Origin: Octopus sinensis
Taxonomy: Eukaryota
Length of the DNA: 64,000 nucleotides
Assembly (NCBI RefSeq): GCF_006345805.1
Contig: NC_043001.1
Location: 129,022,001 to 129,086,000 of the forward strand
Reading direction: 5' to 3'
Below the pieces are notes generated by a model. It was given only the letters and a program-made list of their open reading frames with translations. It was not told where the DNA came from and searched no databases. Below, piece after piece: positions 50,738 through 63,544 of this stretch. Every line of letters begins with the position of its first letter. The stretch's first letter is position 1. Made by a program: the position numbers and the translations under genes.

Positions 50738-52069
50738 ATATATGCGTCTGTTGTTTTTTTCCTCATTCTTCTCATTGAATGTGGCAGAATTATATCCAAA
50801 CGGAAAGATTAGCAAGGTCATGAAGTAATTGGTTGACAAAGGAATGGTACAAAGAATATGAGACTGCAAGGGTGATTGATGATTATAAACACACACATCA
50901 TCTCACACACATATACACAAATACACACAGATTGAAACTCATGCATACAAACACACACTCACATGCAAATACACACACACACACATATCCATACATTTAT
51001 ACATGCACTTATACATACAAAACGAAAATAACAACAATAACAGTAAACACCACCACTTCGACCAAAAACCATAATCATCATCATCCTCATCATCATCATC
51101 ATCATCATCATCATCGTCGTCGTCGTCATGAAATCTTAAACAACCCAGTTCCAACTGATCCAATTCCTTTTCCTTGAACAAATGGGGTTTCTAAACTTAC
51201 CTCATTCCTCATTTCAATTAACAAGGATGATTTAAAAGATAATGTCTTTTAAGAAAATAATCTTTACTAGTTCTAAATAATTAACAAAAATATACAAATA
51301 TATAAATATCAGTGAAGAAAAAAAACAAAAAGAAAACCTGAAAATATAACTGTAAAAAAAATAAAATAAAAAACATTTTGAGAAAAAGAACCAAATACCA
51401 ACCCCCTCAACATCAACTTGTCCCCCACCCTACATACCTCCAATGAAATAACTAAACACTACACCCTTTCTCTTCGAATTACCTTGCTCCACTCCTTTCG
51501 CATACTATCCAACATCTTGATAAAAAAAAGGAATAAATAACTGAAACAGCTTCAGTTGATATTTATAAGAAGGAAGTAAATAAGGTCTAAAGTAAGTTAA
51601 AATAAATATGAGAAAACGGTAAATAATTACATATTGAGGTAAAAGATAAATACAGAGCAATGATGATGACAGCGACAATGATGATGATGATGATGATGAT
51701 GATAATAATTATAGTGTTGTTCATAGCAATAACAAGAATAGCTAACCGAACAAACAATCTTTAGAGTATTTGTTTTCTTTCAGTTTCTTGATTATCTAAC
51801 TTGATTGATCAAAGACAACGATATAATTGTTAATTTTCATTGTTTGAACCTGACACTGCAGCACTGAAATTGCATTGTTACTTCTGAACATTTAGTTTGT
51901 TGGACTTGTTGTTGTTGAACTTGTTGTTAAATCATTATTTTCATTATTAACTTTCTGAGTAATATCTAATATTAGTTTTTTTCTTGAATGTATCTTTGAG
52001 ATCTTGACACATTTTTTTTTGCAATGTGTGTGTATGTATACATATATGCGTGTATATATATATATATAT

Positions 52070-52111
<42 letters not shown>

Positions 52112-52330
52112 CTGCATATTTTAGATGCAAGTGCAATTGTGTAGTAAGAAGTTTGCTTCCCAACCACATGGTTCAGGGTTCAATCCCACTGCTTGGTACC
52201 ATGGGCAAATGTCTTCTACAATAGCCTCAGGCCAACCGCCAAAGCCTTCTGAATGGATTTTAGTAGCCAAAACCTGGAAGAAGCCCATCACACACACACA
52301 CACACACACACACCACACACACACACACAC

Positions 52331-52377
<47 letters not shown>

Positions 52378-52421
52378 ATATATATATATATATATAATAT
52401 ATATATATGTATATGTATATG

Positions 52422-52486
<65 letters not shown>

Positions 52487-52745
52487 TATATATGTATATA
52501 TATATATTTATAAATAAGGATAATATCGATATTTAAATATTGATCTTATCAAGTGGTCAGCATGGGAATAAATACCATACAAAGGTAATAATTATTTAAA
52601 ACTATAAATAAGGGTATCTGAGAGATATGACCATACCGAAGTAGCAGTCAAGACCCCGACTCCAAAAACCACCTTAGATGTTCATATCATGCCATGAGAT
52701 AAGACAGAGAGACAAAATAAACTAGTAAGAAAGATTTTACTGGAT

Positions 52746-52806
52746 AATTCAAGATCCTGGATTTCTGATTTTGCTTCAAATAAGCTCTGTCTTCGTCAGT
52801 TGAATT
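52746..52806 (-). ncRNA. Type-I hammerhead ribozyme motif with a canonical core
   Basis: Minus strand: AATTCAA-CTGACGA-(agacagagcttatttgaagcaaaatca)-GAA-ATCC(A)GGAT-C-TTGAATT. Perfect 7-bp stem I and an AUC triplet. Stem II is imperfect. Confidence 0.7.
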
Positions 52807-52931
52807 TGTCAGATGGGTACATAAATACAAATATATATGCAGAACATACGTTATACTTACATATACGAACGTCCTTACATACATATATATGCACGTATGT
52901 ACAAAACCAGTCCAAATTGCCCGCCATATGT

Positions 52932-53023
<92 letters not shown>

Positions 53024-53028
<5 letters not shown>

Positions 53029-53193
53029 ATAAAATAATATGTTACAATTACTCAATAGTCAAGATAAAACTCTGAGTTTCAGATGCCGAAGTGGAAATCT
53101 GAAGAGATGGTGTTGTGGATTTCCACTTCGGCATCTGAAACTCAGAGTTTTATCTTGACTATTGAGTTATTGTAACATATTATTTTATAGATA
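53024..53193. repeat. Fold-back (~76-bp arms, 18-nt loop) in (TA)n with a hammerhead core at the turn
   Basis: 53024-53099 pairs with 53118-53193. The plus strand 53099-53149 reads CTGAAGA-GATG...CATC-T-GAA-ACTC(A)GAGT-T. Confidence 0.9.
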
Positions 53194-53630
53194 AATTTCC
53201 TCTATTTACATAATATTGAGGTCTCTTTCTTTCTTTTGTTATCTTACCGTTTTTACCAATATATATATATACATATATACTTGTGGCAAACTATTTTCAG
53301 GATAGAGATGCAGGTAATGTTACAAATAACTTTCCCACATGTAAAAAGAAATGGTCTAAGACAGCATTAGGTATTGTGGCATCTCATAGTCAAATATGCA
53401 AAGCTATGGATATTAAGACTGCATTTTTATACCTTTAGGCTATAATGAAACTTTTAAAACATGTATACTGAGGCTTCAAAATCCTGGTATCAAATAATAA
53501 AGAAATTTGACTGGAATAAAAGAATAAGTTTGTATCAACATACATACCAATAAAAATTATGAATACACACACATACGTAATACACACGCATAAACATATA
53601 TATATATATATATATGAATACACACACATA

Positions 53631-53666
<36 letters not shown>

Positions 53667-53669
<3 letters not shown>

Positions 53670-53975
53670 TTATATATAAAACTGAAGTTGTGTGTGTGAG
53701 TGTCTGTCTACTCCGATTTAGATTCCTAACTACTCCCACATTTTGCGGTGCAGTTTAACCAAAAGCGGGTATCTTATAGTGGTGATTCATATCAAGCCCT
53801 TCTGGGTATTAGCGTGCATCTACAATGAGTCTACGATTTAAAAAAAAAGTTTACCATCCTTTTTCCGTATTTTTAATGCATTTTTTGCTCGGTTTATATA
53901 AGGGAAGGAACTCTCTAAAATGCTTATATAGTTATTTCCCTTACAAACCCGAGCAACGCCAGGCGATACTGCTAG
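53667..53975 (+). mobile_element. Non-autonomous Helitron (~310 bp)
   Basis: 5' TC, 3' subterminal hairpin cccgagcaacgccaggc then gatactgCTAG. Inserted between A and T in (TA)n. Confidence 0.85.
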
Positions 53976-53999
53976 TATATATATATATATATCAATATG

Positions 54000-54194
54000 A
54001 AATAATGAATTAAATAGAGAAATAACAATTGACAATCTAACAAGTTATTACATTATAATATAATATACTATAAAATGTAATATAACATAACTAATTTTTT
54101 AATCGTATCTTATATTTTATTGTTTATTATATTATATTATAATGTAAGAAATTGTTAATTGTCAATTGTTATTTCTCCATTTAATTTATTATTT
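54000..54194. repeat. Diverged AT-rich fold-back next to (TA)n
   Basis: aaataatgaattaaatagagaaataacaattgacaat pairs with attgtcaattgttatttctccatttaatttattattt. Confidence 0.85.
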
Positions 54195-54388
54195 GAAATT
54201 TGTATTTATACTCATATTTCTATGGTATTCAACTGCCGTACAAGTGAATTGGATATTCAACACCTCTTTGAAGGAACTGTCTTTTCCTTTCATTTGTTAT
54301 ATATAAATATATATAGACACACATACATACCTATAAAAATAAGTACACATACACACATACATACCTATAGAAATATATATATATATAT

Positions 54389-54672
54389 ATAAAAATAAGA
54401 AAAAAACACCTTTTATCAATTCAAAATGAACAATTAAATTATACCATCTAGAAAATTACATATAATAGAAATATTAAAATTAAAATAACAATATCAATAA
54501 TGTTATTCTACCAATTATATACGTTTTTATTATTTGTTTTGCAATTTACTTAATTATTGATATTTTATTGTTATTTCAATTTTAATATTTCTACTATATG
54601 CAATTTTCTAGATGGTGTAATTTAATTGTTCATTTTGAATTGATAAAAGGTGTTTTTTTTTCTAATTTTTAT
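54389..54672. repeat. AT-rich fold-back (~110-bp arms) in (TA)n
   Basis: aaaaaaacaccttttatcaattcaaaatgaacaattaaattataccatctagaaaatt pairs with aattttctagatggtgtaatttaattgttcattttgaattgataaaaggtgttttttt. Confidence 0.9.
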
Positions 54673-54766
54673 GTATATATATATTATATTGTGTGAAATT
54701 TGATTTAGTATTTCTAAATTAAATTTTTTTCCCCTGTAAGTTTGGATTAATATTCCCTCAAATAAT

Positions 54767-54808
<42 letters not shown>

Positions 54809-55258
54809 TCACACATAAATAAAAAGTGTATATACACACATACATAAGTATCTATAAAAAGATGTAAGGCAGAAGCAGACATGTGGTTTAGGGATCAGTC
54901 TCAGTGTACAGTACCTAAAGCAAGGGTCTTCTACTATAGCACCAGGTTGACCAATGCTTTGTGAGTGAATCTGGTAAATGGAAACTGTGTAGAAGCCCAT
55001 CAGATATAAAAATATATGTGTATATGTATGTGTGTGCATATGTGTGTATTTGCATTTCTTCCTCCCACCTACTGCTTTACAACCAGTGCTGGTTTGTTTA
55101 CATCCCCTGGCAGTTCAACAAAAGGGACTGACACTAAGTACCAGACTTGAAAGATAAGTACTGGATTAAATTATTCAAATAAACTCGTGGTTCTTTATCA
55201 GGGTTCATATGACCCATAGGGGGTCCATATAAAATTTTGTTTTTAAAATTATGTGCAT

Positions 55259-55632
55259 AGATGCAGGAGTGGCTGTGTGGTAAGTAGCTTGCTTACCAAC
55301 CACATGGTTCTGGGTTCAGTCCCACTGTGCGGCATCTTGGGCAAGTGTCTTCTACCTTGTGAGTGGATTTGATAGATGGAAACTGAAAGAAGCCCATCGT
55401 ATATAAGTATATATAAGTGTGTGTGTATGTTTGTGTGTCTGTGTTTGTCACCCTAGCATTGCTTGACAACTGAGGATGGTGTGTTTATGTCCCTGTCAAT
55501 TAGCAGTTCAGCAAAAGAGACCGATAGAATAAGTACTAGGCTTACAAAGAATAAATCTTGCGGTCGATTTACTCGACTAAAGGCAGTGCTCCAGCATGGC
55601 CACAGTCAATTGACTGAAACAAGTAAAAGAGT
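55259..55632 (+). mobile_element. SINE family A nested in an older element
   Basis: Colinear copy with a small internal deletion. Confidence 0.88.
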
Positions 55633-56684
55633 AATAGTTTGGTTATACTTCTAAAATACCAAAAAATCTTTTAACAATTTTTTATACTGTTTCTAATAAT
55701 TTTTAACTCTAAAAACAAGTAAAAAGCACCTTCTGAGCATTGGGCCTCATGGAGGCAATGTGCTGGTTTCATGTATCTAGCAGCTCTGCATGTAAAAAGC
55801 ACCTTTCAAGCATTGGGCCTCATGGAAGTAATGACAACTGATTAAGTTCCTTGGTGATATGCTGTGCTTGAGAAAAAGACCCATCAAAACAAGTGAAATT
55901 GTAGTTGTGGCAGATACTGGCACCTATGCTGATTGCACGTAAAGGCACCCATTACACCCTCAGAGTGGTTGGCATTAGGAAGGGCATCCGGCTATAGAAA
56001 CCATGCCAAATCAGACTGGAGTCTGGTGCAGCACCTCAGCTTACCAGCCCTGGTCAAACTATTCAACCCACGCCAGCATGGACAACAGAAGTTAAATGAT
56101 GATGATGATGAGGTTTGAAATAGCTATGAGAGCCTAGTAATATAAAATAGGAACTAAAGAGGTTGATAAGCAAAAAGTGGTTTAGAACCACTGCATTAAA
56201 TCCTTCAAGATGGTGCTCCAGCATGGCTGCAGTTGAAATACCAAAACAAGTACAAGATAAAAACTAAAACAATTTACACACATACATGTCTATAATAATG
56301 TACACACATATTCATATCAATAAAAATATGTATACACGCGTTTTCTCATTAGAAAATTTGCTAATTGTTATTGCCATTGTTTCAGTTTTTAGTTTTTTCT
56401 TAAGAATTTGACTAACAATATTTGAAATTTAATTTTGTGCCAAAACTATGTCACGGTAAAAAGAAATAAAGTTGCATATGTGATAATGATAAAGAGGCAA
56501 ACAAAACTGGCTATTATTATTATTATTATTATTGTTATTTCCACCGAGGTCAACTTTAACTTTCATCCTTTTGAGGTCGGTAAATTAAGTACCAGTGAAA
56601 TACAGAGGTTAATGTAATTGACTAGTCCCTGCCCCCAAATTTTCAGGCCTAGTGCTTTTAGTAGGAAAGATTATTATTATTATT

Positions 56685-57129
56685 GAGTAAGAGAGCAGTG
56701 CATGCCCTCAATATGACACTAGGGTAAAGTATATGAAGCCCAGTATAACCATCATGACTACTCGTCTGATAAGGTGTACATCAGGCACATGCATCACAAC
56801 TATATGTCCACAACACGATGATTGTATATCAAGATAAACAGTGCATGGCTTCAGAGGTGGGGCCCAGTTAAAATTTTCTTCAGGTCAAGTAGCCTATCCT
56901 GCTCAAAAGGTCCCTGAATAAAAGTTGTTTAAGGATGTTGAACGAAACACCCATGTTTCCAGAGGTGAATTATTCAAACTCCAGAGAAGTCCTCTCAACA
57001 TATGGCTTTGATGCTCCCCCACGACGTCAGCTCATGATCAAAGATCATGATCAGCCACTAAAGGATATGCTCAATTGGTTAAGATCAAACAACTGACAAG
57101 CAGATCTGTGGTACTGAGCAGAATATTTG
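56685..57129 (-). mobile_element. (AAT)n-targeted element, diverged 5'-truncated copy
   Basis: Homologous to 4601-5154 and located in the (ATT)n tail of a family B SINE. Confidence 0.85.
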
Positions 57130-57236
57130 GGGGTCGTTAAAATAAGTACCAGTTGAACACGGGTGGATGTAATCGACTTATCACTTCCCCTGAACTTGCT
57201 GACCTTGTGCTAAAATTTGAAACCATTATTATAATT

Positions 57237-57790
57237 GAGTGAGAGAGCAGTGCATGCCATCAAAGTAACACTGGGGTAAAATATACGAAGCCCAGTATAC
57301 CCATCATGACTACCCATCTGATAAGGGCACACTAGGCACATGCATCACAACCATATGTGCATGACATGGTGATCTCATATCAATATAAACAGCACATGAC
57401 CTTGCAGGTGGGGCCCAGTTAGAATTTTCTTCTAGTCGAGTAACCCATCCTGCTCAAAAGGTCCCTGAATAAGGGTTGTTTAAGGATGTTGAACAAAACA
57501 TCCGTGTTTCCAAAGGTGAATTATTCAAACCCCAAAGAATCCCTCTCAACAGATGGCTATGATGCTCCCCCACTACTTCTGCTTGGGATCAGAGATGCAC
57601 ATATCATCAGCCATTAAGGAACATGGTCAACTGGTTAAGGTCAAACAACTGACAAGCAAATCTGTGGTACTGAGCAGAATATTTGCTGTAGCTCATCTTT
57701 TATACCAAAACTAAACAATGTATATGATAACACTTCCAATCAGTTAAGATCAGAAGCCATGAGAGCCACAGCCTGGTACTGCATCAGGGC
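57237..57790 (-). mobile_element. (AAT)n-targeted element, full-length copy
   Basis: Same two ends as 4601-5154 (gccctgatgcagtacc and ctctctcactc). Confidence 0.88.
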
Positions 57791-57824
<34 letters not shown>

Positions 57825-57847
57825 TATCATTATTATTATTATTATTA

Positions 57848-57891
<44 letters not shown>

Positions 57892-59465
57892 TTGTTATTG
57901 TCAATATCACTGTTGTTATTGTTGTTACTAGTGGATATGCGACAAATGAGTTGCAGGTTAAAAACAAAGCAAAACAAATAGGAAAAAAAAACACAAACTA
58001 AGAAATGTTAAAAGAATAATTATGACACAAAAATGGCATAGAAATGTAAAAAAGTATTTTTTTAAAAAAATGTAATTTGGAAATTAAATAAAGGTAATTA
58101 GAAGGTGAAAATGATAACGAAAAGGGAAATATATAATGAGAAATTAAGCTTTATCACTTAAGAAATGTTTTCTCTCTTTCCACCTGAACCTTTACAAGAC
58201 CTTATGATTGATTAGATCAGTAGTATTGGTGGTTGTAATTGTGGTAGAGAATGTGGTTGGAATGTGTACATGTGTGGGTATAGCAGAGTTGCTTTATTAT
58301 AATAGGGTTAAATGTGCTGGTAAGATATTGATCAGCAGTATAGGTTCAAATATTGTGTGTGTGTGTGTGTGTGTTTGTCTGCTTGTGTGCATGTGTGTGT
58401 GTGTATATATATTTATGTGCATGTATGTGTGTATTTCTGTGTGCATGTGTGTATATATATATTTACGTGTATGTGTATGTATATGTGTGTATGTGTGTGT
58501 ATGTGCATGTATAAGTGTGCGTACATGTATGTGTTAGTATATGTGTATGAGTGGTAGGGTTGCTTGCTATATTAGGGCCAAAAGTACTGGCAAGATAAAG
58601 ATCAGCAATATTCAAGTATTCTCTTCATTCATTCAGCATCCAGTTCTTTTTCTACACGGCATGGGTTTCAATGATGATTTACTTCAGGTGTGTGTGTGTG
58701 TGTGTGTGGAAGGTTATAGCTGGATGTGTGGAGGGTTATAGCTGGATACTTTTCCTGTCACCAACACTTATCTGTTTTCTGAGAAAGCATTAGCTTTATA
58801 CCACAGGTATTTGAAAGTGCCGGGCAACTGGTCAAAATATGGACAAAATGTCAGCATCAGCAATGTTTCACTGATGAGGTGACAAGTGTGGAATTGATGC
58901 ACATCTAAATGTGTACACATGCATGCACACACACACACACACACACGCACACACTCACATACACACTACCATACACAACTACACACACATGTGTATTATC
59001 CTCATGGTCACCATCATTTTAATGTTCACTTTTCCAGGCTAGCATCGGTTGGACAGAATTTGTTGAGGCAGATTTTTCTATAGCTGCATGTCCTTCCAAT
59101 CACCAACTCTCACTTCTTCCAAGTTAGGTAATATTTCCTCATGACCAGACATGCTTCCATGGAAGTTTGGTAATGAAGGACATTGCTTGCATGACACACG
59201 ACACTCATTTGCAGCGATCTCGCAATGTCAAGGCAAGAAGATAATTAACAAACACACAACACACACACACATACACATGCACACACGCACACATGCACAC
59301 ACACATATCCATATACATCTGTGTGTGTGTGTGATAGGCTTCTTTCAGTTTCTGTCAACCAAATCCATTCAGAAGACCTTGATTGATAATAGAAGACACT
59401 TACTAAAGATGTCGTGGAACTATGTGTTTGAGAAGCAAACTTTTTACCTTAAAGCCACTCTTTTT

Positions 59466-59503
<38 letters not shown>

Positions 59504-60053
59504 TTGGTTGAAAAACCTTCTTGGACAGAAAATATCAAAAATTGCCTTTTTTTACCAATATTTCTATGCTACTATTTATAGCTTTATGTGAGCCTTGAGA
59601 GCTACTATTCCAAAAAGGAGATATTTTAGGCTCTTTCAAAATTTTCTAAATTCTAATGATGTCAATAACTTTATTACTATTATTAAGTTAGTGTAAGGCA
59701 GTGAACTGGCAGTATCGTTAGCATGCCAGTCGCAATGCCTACTGGCATTTCATCCATCTTTACATTTTGGGTTGAAATTCCACCAAGGATGACTTTGCCT
59801 TTCATCCTTTCGGGGTTGATAAAATAAGTACTAGTTAAACACTGGGGTTGATGTAATTGACTTAGCCCTCCCCAGAAATTGCTGGCCTTGTGCCAAAATG
59901 TGAAACCATTATTAAGTTAGTGTTTGGAATTTAAACTAGCATGAAATTTTGATGGAAGGTTTTAATTTAAATCATTGTAAAACAAAAATGTTTGTACGAT
60001 AGAACCAAGGACAGTCTCAGGTGGGTTGGTATAAAAAGGGTTGGTATAGAAAG

Positions 60054-60283
60054 ACGGCGAGCTGGCAGAAACGTTAGCACGCCGGGCGAAATGCTTAGCG
60101 GTATTTCGTCTGCATACGTTGTGAGTTCAAATTCCGCCGAGGTCGACTTTACCTTTCATCCTTTTGGGGTCGATAAATTAAGTACCAGTTACGAACTGGG
60201 GTCGATGAAATCGACTTAATACCTATGTCTGTCTTTGTTTGTTCCCTCTGTGTTTAGCCCCTTGTGGGTAGTAAAGAAATAGG
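60054..60283 (+). mobile_element. Young family B SINE monomer
   Basis: CpG-intact head ggcgagctggcagaaacgttagcacgccgggcg. ggtataaaaagggtt is duplicated on both sides. Confidence 0.88.
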
Positions 60284-60955
60284 TATAAAAAGGGTTAAGC
60301 AAGAGGGTTGCAGTTGCACATCGAAGCATAACCCTTTAGCATTCAGATTACTTAGGCAAATGTAATGCTTAATATTCATGTTGCTTTTAATTAATCATGC
60401 ATTATCTTGCAGCTTCAAGACTTCCAAGATGTGAAGATAAGTTTCTAAACAAAAATTGTTTAGAAACTGGTCTTTTGGTTTTAAAATAATCGTGTTTTCA
60501 AGAATGAATAAAATTTAAGACAGATTTTAATTTTTTTCTGTCAGAGTTACAAGGATAGCCTAGTTTGGTGCACAGGAAAATGTTTGAAGGTAACAAGATT
60601 ATCTACTTTTTAAACCTAACAGATTCTTTACTCTACACAAACATAACAAAGTTCATGATATTAGTGTTAAAATACATCATTAGTTTTAGTTCAATAAACC
60701 CTGTGTAGAAGTCTTAGAAGAAACTCAGAAGTGTTCCTTTCTTTTGAAATGAGAAGAGTTGAGTGAGGGCCAAGTGACCATCTTGCAAATAAAAACTGAT
60801 ATGATGCTGGAACTACCTAAGGATGGTCCAATGTGCAGTGAGGATGGTCTTATATGCTTTAATACATATGACATCACTTTGTGCTTGATATACAGTGACA
60901 ACCTCAGTTATCTACAACATGGAAAACTTAAGGTTATTCTTAATGAATAATTTTA

Positions 60956-61466
60956 GGATACATCACGAAAGAGTAGCCTATGGAAAAATTGTGAAAGGGT
61001 TGCTATGCAACATATTGGGAAAGAGAATTTCTGAGATATACTGTTAAAGAACAGCCCTGTGATAGATTGTGAAAAAGAAGCCACAGGACATTTAGTGAAA
61101 GAGCAGTCTTATGACACACTGTAAAAGGGGTGTCCAAAGACATATTGTGAAACAGAAGTGGTGGGATATAGTGTAAAAGAGGATCTGCAGGACACTCAGT
61201 GAAGAAGCAACCTTAGGACACATTATGAAAGAACAGTTCCAGAACACACTGTAAAAGAGTAACTGTGGATCACATTGTGAAAGAGGGTCCGAAGGAAATA
61301 TTGGGAAAAAATAGCCCTGGGATACATTTTGAAATAGTGGTTCTGGATACATTGGCAAAGAGCAGCCAAGGGACACATTGTGAAAGAGGGGTCCTTGAGC
61401 ATATTGGGAAAGAAGAGCCCCAGTGACATATTGTGAAAGATCAGCCCTCAAATTCATTGTGAAAAT
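60956..61466. repeat. Degenerate ~26-bp tandem array, ~20 units
   Basis: Consensus is approximately GGACACATTGTGAAAGAGCAGCCCTG. Example units: ggacacattatgaaagaacagttcca, ggacacattgtgaaagaggggtcctt, gtgacatattgtgaaagatcagccct. Confidence 0.85.
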
Positions 61467-63016
61467 GAGAAAAATATCTCCTAACCAGTTAAAAAAAGTG
61501 GAATGAATTGGTTTTGCATAAGAAAGAAAGAGAAAAAAAGAATAAAATTTAAGGCGGAACCAGTTGTTGGAGTTTGAAGATTTTTTTATTGATTTAGCCA
61601 AGAGGAAGTGCTTGAATTTATGGCCATTGAAGGCTCTCTAAAATCTAGAATTTTTTCTAATTTTGTTGTTTAATATTTATTAATATGTGAAATTATAGAA
61701 GAAAAAATTGGAACAGGTTAAGCTAATGGAAAAGTAAATTCTTGATTGGCATGCCATACTGAAATTAATCTACAATCTTAACAAAGAGAAAATAAATCTA
61801 TACATGTGGTGGTAATTCTGGGCTTTCATACACTGGAAATTATGAAATGCAGATAGAAAAAAAGTGATTTAAACTAACACCAGAGAAAGTTTTTAAAAAA
61901 TGCGAAAGTGCCCATGCTCTGAAATATGCCAATCCATACAAACAGGACAATCAAAACTAATTGACCACAATAATGTATTGCAAAAAGAAACGAAAGTAAT
62001 AACCAGTTATAAAGATATTGGAATATAGATAACTAGGCATGGCTGTAAGCTTGAGAAGTTTGCTTCTCACTTAGTATATTGTTCCAATGCATGGCACTTT
62101 GGGTGAGTGTCTTCTAGTATAATGCTTAGCTGACCAAAGTCTTGTGAATGGATTTGATAGTTGAAAACTGAAAGATTACATTTATGAATTTGTGTTGCAA
62201 GAGAATGGACTAAGTGGAGCAGGAGGATACACATGGATGGAAAGCGTTGCTGAAGAGGTCACAGATGGGTGACAAAAGATTACCATCAATGGACATAAGA
62301 TAAAATAAGAACAGTAATAAATGAGTGAAGAATGAATATATAATATGTGTGTTTATTTGGGGGAGGAGGTGGAAAACGACCATCCTGAAATATAATAATA
62401 TGAAAGAAGATTGTTATATTTATATAGGCAAGGTATGTATGTGAACAAATGTGTCCATGAGTTTGCATAGATCAGTGTTCAGTTGCACAAAAGTTACAAG
62501 AGTTGGCATCGTTATCAGTTCTCATGGCAAGGCACTGGCCATTCATTTCTTCCCTTCAATGCCATATAGAATAAGAGGTCCTTATTTGAAAAATTGGTAT
62601 GAATTAGTGTCAGTAAGGGCATCTGGTTGTAAAACCATGTTTCAGATAACATACTCATACAAACCATGCAAGCGTGGAAAATCTGATGTAAGCAAGCAAG
62701 TGAACGAAGAATGTTGGGACAGAAGACAGAAATAATCCATTTCATAAAAAGTATCTTAGGAATGGTTAAAAATGATGAAGACAATTATAAAATTGAAAGA
62801 CTTACAAGTATTTGCAATACACTAGGAACTCTACAAATAGTAGGTAGACTACTTTCGCTACAAGAGAAAATACAAAGCTAAAAGAAAATTCTACACATAT
62901 CCAAGGTGCACTTTAGAGGGCAGTGAAAACATGCAATAAAAACAAAACCACTGAATAATAATAATAACAACAGCAACAACAGCAGCAGCAGCTACAAAAA
63001 CAACAACAATAACAAT

Positions 63017-63403
63017 AGATGCTTTCTAATTGATGTATCAGTACCAACAAATGACAACGTTTCTCTTATAGAAACTGAGAAACGTTCAAAATACAAAGAT
63101 CTGGAAATAGAGGTAACTTGAATGTGGAGCCTAAAACCAGAAACGATTCCTATCATAGTAGGCACATTAGGTATGATATAAAAAAAACATTCAGAGAAAT
63201 ACATAACAAAAGCACCAGGAATTACTAGTATATATAACATACAGAAAATAGCACTACTAGACACTGCACACATCCTACGTAAAACACTTTTACTACAGTG
63301 AAAATAAGAACACCACAATAAACCACAGCACATACCCAAGGCACACAGAGCTATGTTCGGTAGTGCAGTGAAAGCACATGATAAAAATAAAAATATGACT
63401 ACT
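63017..63403 (+). mobile_element. Decayed R4/Dong-like 3' fragment, same family as 43936-44438
   Basis: CFLIDVSVPTNDNVSLIETEKRSKYKDLEIEVT*MWSLKPETIPIIVGTLG, followed by the same 3' UTR and (AAT)n. Confidence 0.85.
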
Positions 63404-63404
63404 A

Positions 63405-63463
<59 letters not shown>

Positions 63464-63486
63464 TAATAATAATAATAATAATGATG

Positions 63487-63544
<58 letters not shown>

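Noticed and set aside
60956-61601. CRISPR array or a coding repeat (ORF 61092-61601)
   Set aside because: The repeats are degenerate, the variable parts are only ~9 nt, there are no cas genes and the context is eukaryotic. The 26-bp period is not a codon multiple.
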